NCBI GenBank assembly: GCA_965250285.1
Contig: OZ252299.1
Coordinates: 448,001 to 512,000 of the forward strand
DNA: 64,000 nucleotides
Reading direction: 5' to 3'
DNA from: Myxococcota bacterium
Lineage (GTDB): Bacteria; Myxococcota_A; UBA9160; UBA4427
A program made the translations under genes and the position numbers. The stretch's first letter is position 1. The number at the start of each line of letters is the position of its first letter. Below, piece after piece: positions 60,453 through 64,000 of this stretch. Under the pieces are notes generated by a model. That model had not been told where the DNA came from. It did no database searches and saw only the letters and a list, made by a program, of their open reading frames with translations.

Positions 60453-61328
60453 ATGCTGAGCGAGCTCGCGGCGGTCGTCCTGCCCGTCTACATCTGCGCG
60501 GGGATCGGCTTTCTGTGGGTTCGTTCGGGCCGCCCGTACGACACCGCGCTGCTGACCGAGCTGATCCTCTGGATCGGTACGCCGAGCCTCGTCTTCTCGA
60601 AGCTCACCACCGTCGGGCTCCAGGTCGATCGGCTCTTCGAGATGATGGGCGCCGTCGTGCTCGCGACGGCGTGTCTCGCCGTGCTGGCCTTCGCGGTCTT
60701 GAAGGTGACCGGGCTGCCCTGGCGCACGTATCTCGCGCCGTCGGTGTTCGGTAACACGGGCAACATGGGCATCCCGGTCTGCTACTTCGCGTTTGGCGAC
60801 GAGGGGCTCGTGCTCGCGGTCTGCTTCTTCGCGGCCACGGCATTTCTGCAGTTCGCGACCGGCCCGTGGATCTGGCACGGCGAGTTCCGACCGCTCGACC
60901 CGCTTCGCTCGCCCGTCGTCCTCTCGACCTGTGTCTCGATCGCCGTGGTCGCGGCTGAGGTGCCCGTGCCGATCGTGATCGAGCGCGTGACGACGCTGCT
61001 CGGCGGCTTCACGATCCCGATCATGCAGCTGACACTGGGCGTGTCGCTTGCTCGGCTCAAGGTGGCCCGCGTCGGGCTCCCGCTGCTGATCAGCGCCGTG
61101 AAGCTCGGCGGCGGTGCCCTGATCGGTTTCGGCGTCGCGACCTTGCTTGGCTTCGAGGGCATCGAGCGCGGCGTGCTGGTGCTCGACTGCGCCATGCCCG
61201 TCGCGGTCTTCAACTATATGTTCGCCGCGAAATATGAGCGCGAATCGGGACAGGTCGCGAGTACGGTCGTGCTCTCGACGCTGCTCTCGTTTGCGACCCT
61301 TCCGCTGGTCTTGGCGCTCCTGCTCTGA
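60453..61328 (+). CDS. AEC (auxin efflux carrier) family transporter
   Basis: 'NTGNMGIP', 'AMPVAVFNY', 'VVLSTLLS'; ~10 TM helices. Confidence 0.9.
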   Translation: MLSELAAVVLPVYICAGIGFLWVRSGRPYDTALLTELILWIGTPSLVFSKLTTVGLQVDRLFEMMGAVVLATACLAVLAFAVLKVTGLPWRTYLAPSVFGNTGNMGIPVCYFAFGDEGLVLAVCFFAATAFLQFATGPWIWHGEFRPLDPLRSPVVLSTCVSIAVVAAEVPVPIVIERVTTLLGGFTIPIMQLTLGVSLARLKVARVGLPLLISAVKLGGGALIGFGVATLLGFEGIERGVLVLDCAMPVAVFNYMFAAKYERESGQVASTVVLSTLLSFATLPLVLALLL

Positions 61329-61404
61329 AGCGGGCGACATCGATTGCGCCTTGATTTCACCCGCGGCGCTCCTCATCTTCATGGCTCGATGCCGGGAGGG
61401 TGAG

Positions 61405-63390
61405 ATGGAGTGCGGATCATCGCGTCAGCAACGCGCGCGGGCGGAGCGTCGCCGTGCCGCGATCATCGGCTTGCTTACGGTTTTTCTGCTTCTGTGGCCC
61501 GCGCTCGCGAGCGCGCGTTCGATCGAAGAAGACGCCGAGGCGTTCGGGACGATGCCGGCGGCGTGGGGCGTCGAGCTGTCGCCTTCGGGTCGGTATCTCT
61601 CCTACCTCTCGATGCACGCCAGCGATATCCCGTTCGCCGTGGTGCTCGATCTCGAGAACGGCGGGGCGAGCAGTCCGATCGCGAGTCAGCCGGGCGTGCA
61701 CGATTTGAACTGGTGCGGGTGGGCGACGGACGATCGACTCGTCTGCGGCTACTTCGGTGTCACAGAGCAGATGAACATTCGCATGGCGCTCACGCGCCTC
61801 GTCGCCGTCGACCGAGACGGTGAAAACATGCGCAACCTCGTTCGTCAGAGTCGTCAATTTCTAGGCAAGGTGACCGACTGGATGCCCGACGATCCGAAGC
61901 GGATCATGGTGCCGTACGAGGACGAGGAGACGTATCACCCGGACGCCAACATCCTCGGCGTCGCGGCGCTCGACATCCATACGACCCGCAGCGACTGGGT
62001 GAAGCGCCCGCGCAAGGGCTTCTCGGGCTGGGGGACGGATGGCCGGGGCGAGCTTCGGCTACGGACTCGCCACGAACCTGATGAGTGGGTGTGGGAGGCG
62101 AAGGCGGTCGGCTCCTCGGAGTGGCAGCGCGTCGGCTCTCGAGAGAAGGACGTCTATCGGGGTGTGATCGACGAGCCGGAGGGTTTTCTCGACGATCCGA
62201 ATCACCTTGTCGTGCGGCGCTTGAAAGGCGGACGTGAGGCCCTCTACGTGCGCGATCTGTCTGGCGAGACCGAAGACAAGCTGCTCTTCGCACACGATGA
62301 CGTCGATGTCGGCGAGCTCGTCACGATGGGTCCGGAGCGGCGCGCTGTCGGCGTCCGCTACGTCACCGACCGGCCACGGGTGCACTACTTCGACGACCGC
62401 ATTCTCGAGATCATCGCCCGGGCCGAGAAGACGTTCCCCGACATGCAGATCGACATCTGGAGCGAGAGCTCGGATCGTCGCTACTACGTGGTCTTGGCGC
62501 AGAGCGATGACGATCCCGGCTCGTTCTACCGGCTCGATGCCGAGCAGGGCAACCTGATTCGCATTCGACCCAGGCACCCGAAGCTCGAAGGGGTCGATCT
62601 CGCGCGCATGCGCGCCTTCGAGTACCCCGCTCGCGACGGGACGACCGTTCCCGCCTACGTGACCTTGCCGCCGGGCAAGCGCGCGAAGCCGCTGCCGACG
62701 ATCGTGCTTCCGCATGGAGGGCCCGAGTCACGCGACCGGTGGGGCTTCGACTGGCTCGCCCAGTTCCTCGCGGCCCGCGGCTATCTCGTGCTGCAGGCGA
62801 ACTATCGGGGTTCGGGTGGCTACGGCGTCGACTGGGCTGGTGAAGGCGGATTTCGCAACTGGGCGCTTGCGATGTCCGACATCGAAGACGGCATCGCGAA
62901 CCTGGTCGAGCGAGGCGTCGCTGATCCAGACCGAGTCTGCATCGTGGGGTGGAGCTACGGGGGCTACGCCGCCCTCATGAGCGTCATCGAGCACCCTGAT
63001 CGATACCGCTGCGCCGTCAGCATCGCCGGGGTCGGCGATCTGGGGCAGCTGGTCGACGACTCCCGCAACTTCACGAACAAGCGCATCGCCCGCGATCAGA
63101 TCGGCGACGACGAAGAGGAGCGACGGAAGGGCTCACCCCGCCGCCGCGTGAAGGAGATCCCGGTGCCCGTTCTGCTCTTTCACGGGGAGAACGACTTCAT
63201 CGTCTACGTCGAGCACAGCAAGAAGCTCGCCAAGGCGATGAAGAAGGCCGGCAAGCCCGTCGAGCTGGTGATCTATGACGACACCGAGCACTCGCTCGAC
63301 CGAAACGGCGCGCGGGTCGACATGCTGACGCGCATCGGCCACTTCCTCGAAGACCATCTCGAGAAGCCGAAGGCGGCCGCGGGCAACTAG
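61405..63390 (+). CDS. S9 family (prolyl oligopeptidase-like) exported peptidase
   Basis: 'LPHGGP', 'NYRGSGGYG', nucleophile 'GWSYGG', 'HGEND', catalytic His in 'TEHSL'; signal peptide; GGAGG before ATG 61405. Confidence 0.92.
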   Translation: MECGSSRQQRARAERRRAAIIGLLTVFLLLWPALASARSIEEDAEAFGTMPAAWGVELSPSGRYLSYLSMHASDIPFAVVLDLENGGASSPIASQPGVHDLNWCGWATDDRLVCGYFGVTEQMNIRMALTRLVAVDRDGENMRNLVRQSRQFLGKVTDWMPDDPKRIMVPYEDEETYHPDANILGVAALDIHTTRSDWVKRPRKGFSGWGTDGRGELRLRTRHEPDEWVWEAKAVGSSEWQRVGSREKDVYRGVIDEPEGFLDDPNHLVVRRLKGGREALYVRDLSGETEDKLLFAHDDVDVGELVTMGPERRAVGVRYVTDRPRVHYFDDRILEIIARAEKTFPDMQIDIWSESSDRRYYVVLAQSDDDPGSFYRLDAEQGNLIRIRPRHPKLEGVDLARMRAFEYPARDGTTVPAYVTLPPGKRAKPLPTIVLPHGGPESRDRWGFDWLAQFLAARGYLVLQANYRGSGGYGVDWAGEGGFRNWALAMSDIEDGIANLVERGVADPDRVCIVGWSYGGYAALMSVIEHPDRYRCAVSIAGVGDLGQLVDDSRNFTNKRIARDQIGDDEEERRKGSPRRRVKEIPVPVLLFHGENDFIVYVEHSKKLAKAMKKAGKPVELVIYDDTEHSLDRNGARVDMLTRIGHFLEDHLEKPKAAAGN

Positions 63391-63397
63391 CCGAGCG

Positions 63398-64000
63398 TCA
63401 CCCGCCCGAGTCGGCGCTCTCGGCCTCGGGCACGGGCGGCGTCGCATCTTCGAAGCGGTTCTCGAGGTAGCCCTCGGGCAGGGCGACCCGCTGGGTGCCC
63501 GACCGCTTGCCCCGCCGCATGCGCATCGCTTCGAGGGGGAAGGGCGTCGCCGGCTCGAACTCGCCGAACGCCTGGTCGAAGTCGGCGAGGCTGTTCACGC
63601 GCACGAGCCCTTGGCGAATGTGCGCGCCGCCGTGGAAGCCCTTCGTGTACCAGCCCGCGTGGCGTCGAAACGACAGAATGCCCCGGCGGTCGCCGAACCA
63701 GTCGACGAGCAGCTTCGCGTGCTCGCGCATGATCTCGACCACCTCGCCGAGGTTCGGCGGCGCCTGCACGGCTTTGCCGGCGAAGACGTCGGCGAGGTCG
63801 CGAAAGAGCCAGGGCCGGCCGAGGCAGCCGCGACCGACGACGACGCCATCGCAGCCGGTTTCGCGCATCATGCGCAGCGCGTCGGCGGCCTCCCAGATGT
63901 CGCCGTTGCCGAACACCGGGATCTGCGTGACCGCCTGCTTGAGCCGGGCGATCGTCTCCCACGCGGCCTCGCCGTCGTAGAGCTGGGCCGCGGTGCGCGC
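63398..64000 (-). CDS. dusB: tRNA dihydrouridine synthase (5' part outside the window)
   Basis: 'ARTAAQLYDGEAAW', 'PVFGNGDIW', 'GCDGVVVGRGCLGRPWLF'. Confidence 0.9.
   Translation of the reverse strand, partial: ARTAAQLYDGEAAWETIARLKQAVTQIPVFGNGDIWEAADALRMMRETGCDGVVVGRGCLGRPWLFRDLADVFAGKAVQAPPNLGEVVEIMREHAKLLVDWFGDRRGILSFRRHAGWYTKGFHGGAHIRQGLVRVNSLADFDQAFGEFEPATPFPLEAMRMRRGKRSGTQRVALPEGYLENRFEDATPPVPEAESADSGG

Overview
High-GC bacterial window whose gene content (Myxococcus-type Cys-rich repeats, PEP-CTERM-like tails, F420-type LLM oxidoreductases, sulfatase/TPR-rich envelope genes) resembles Myxococcota-like diderms; this is inference, as no marker gene is present. The standout is a ~21 kb surface/secretion locus (3.3-24.5 kb). 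It holds a 4717-aa protein made of seven FG-GAP beta-propeller modules linked by six Cys-rich repeats and an unnamed ~85-aa spacer domain, ending in TSP3 and dockerin-like repeats. An internal VPEP-TM-Arg (PEP-CTERM-type) motif in that protein is followed directly by a second signal peptide, suggesting a polyprotein. Next to it lie a closely linked filamentous-haemagglutinin(TpsA)-TPR-CHAT protease fusion and a divergent ShlB/FhaC (TpsB) translocator. The rest contains a partial NapC/NirT cytochrome, MOSC and VTT proteins, metH with a clear promoter/operator, a spermidine-synthase-like membrane protein, a sigma54-driven surface protein with a variant sorting tail and terminator, and TPR, sulfatase-like, TonB receptor, beta-barrel and GT-C-like genes. 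It also has a TetR/SDR/LLM/sulfotransferase cluster, htpG, a beta-propeller lipoprotein, an mlaFEDAC operon without mlaB, an AEC transporter, an S9 peptidase and partial dusB. No rRNA, tRNA, CRISPR array or transposase was recognised. Start codons were reassigned by eye and domain calls come from recognised motifs, not database searches.
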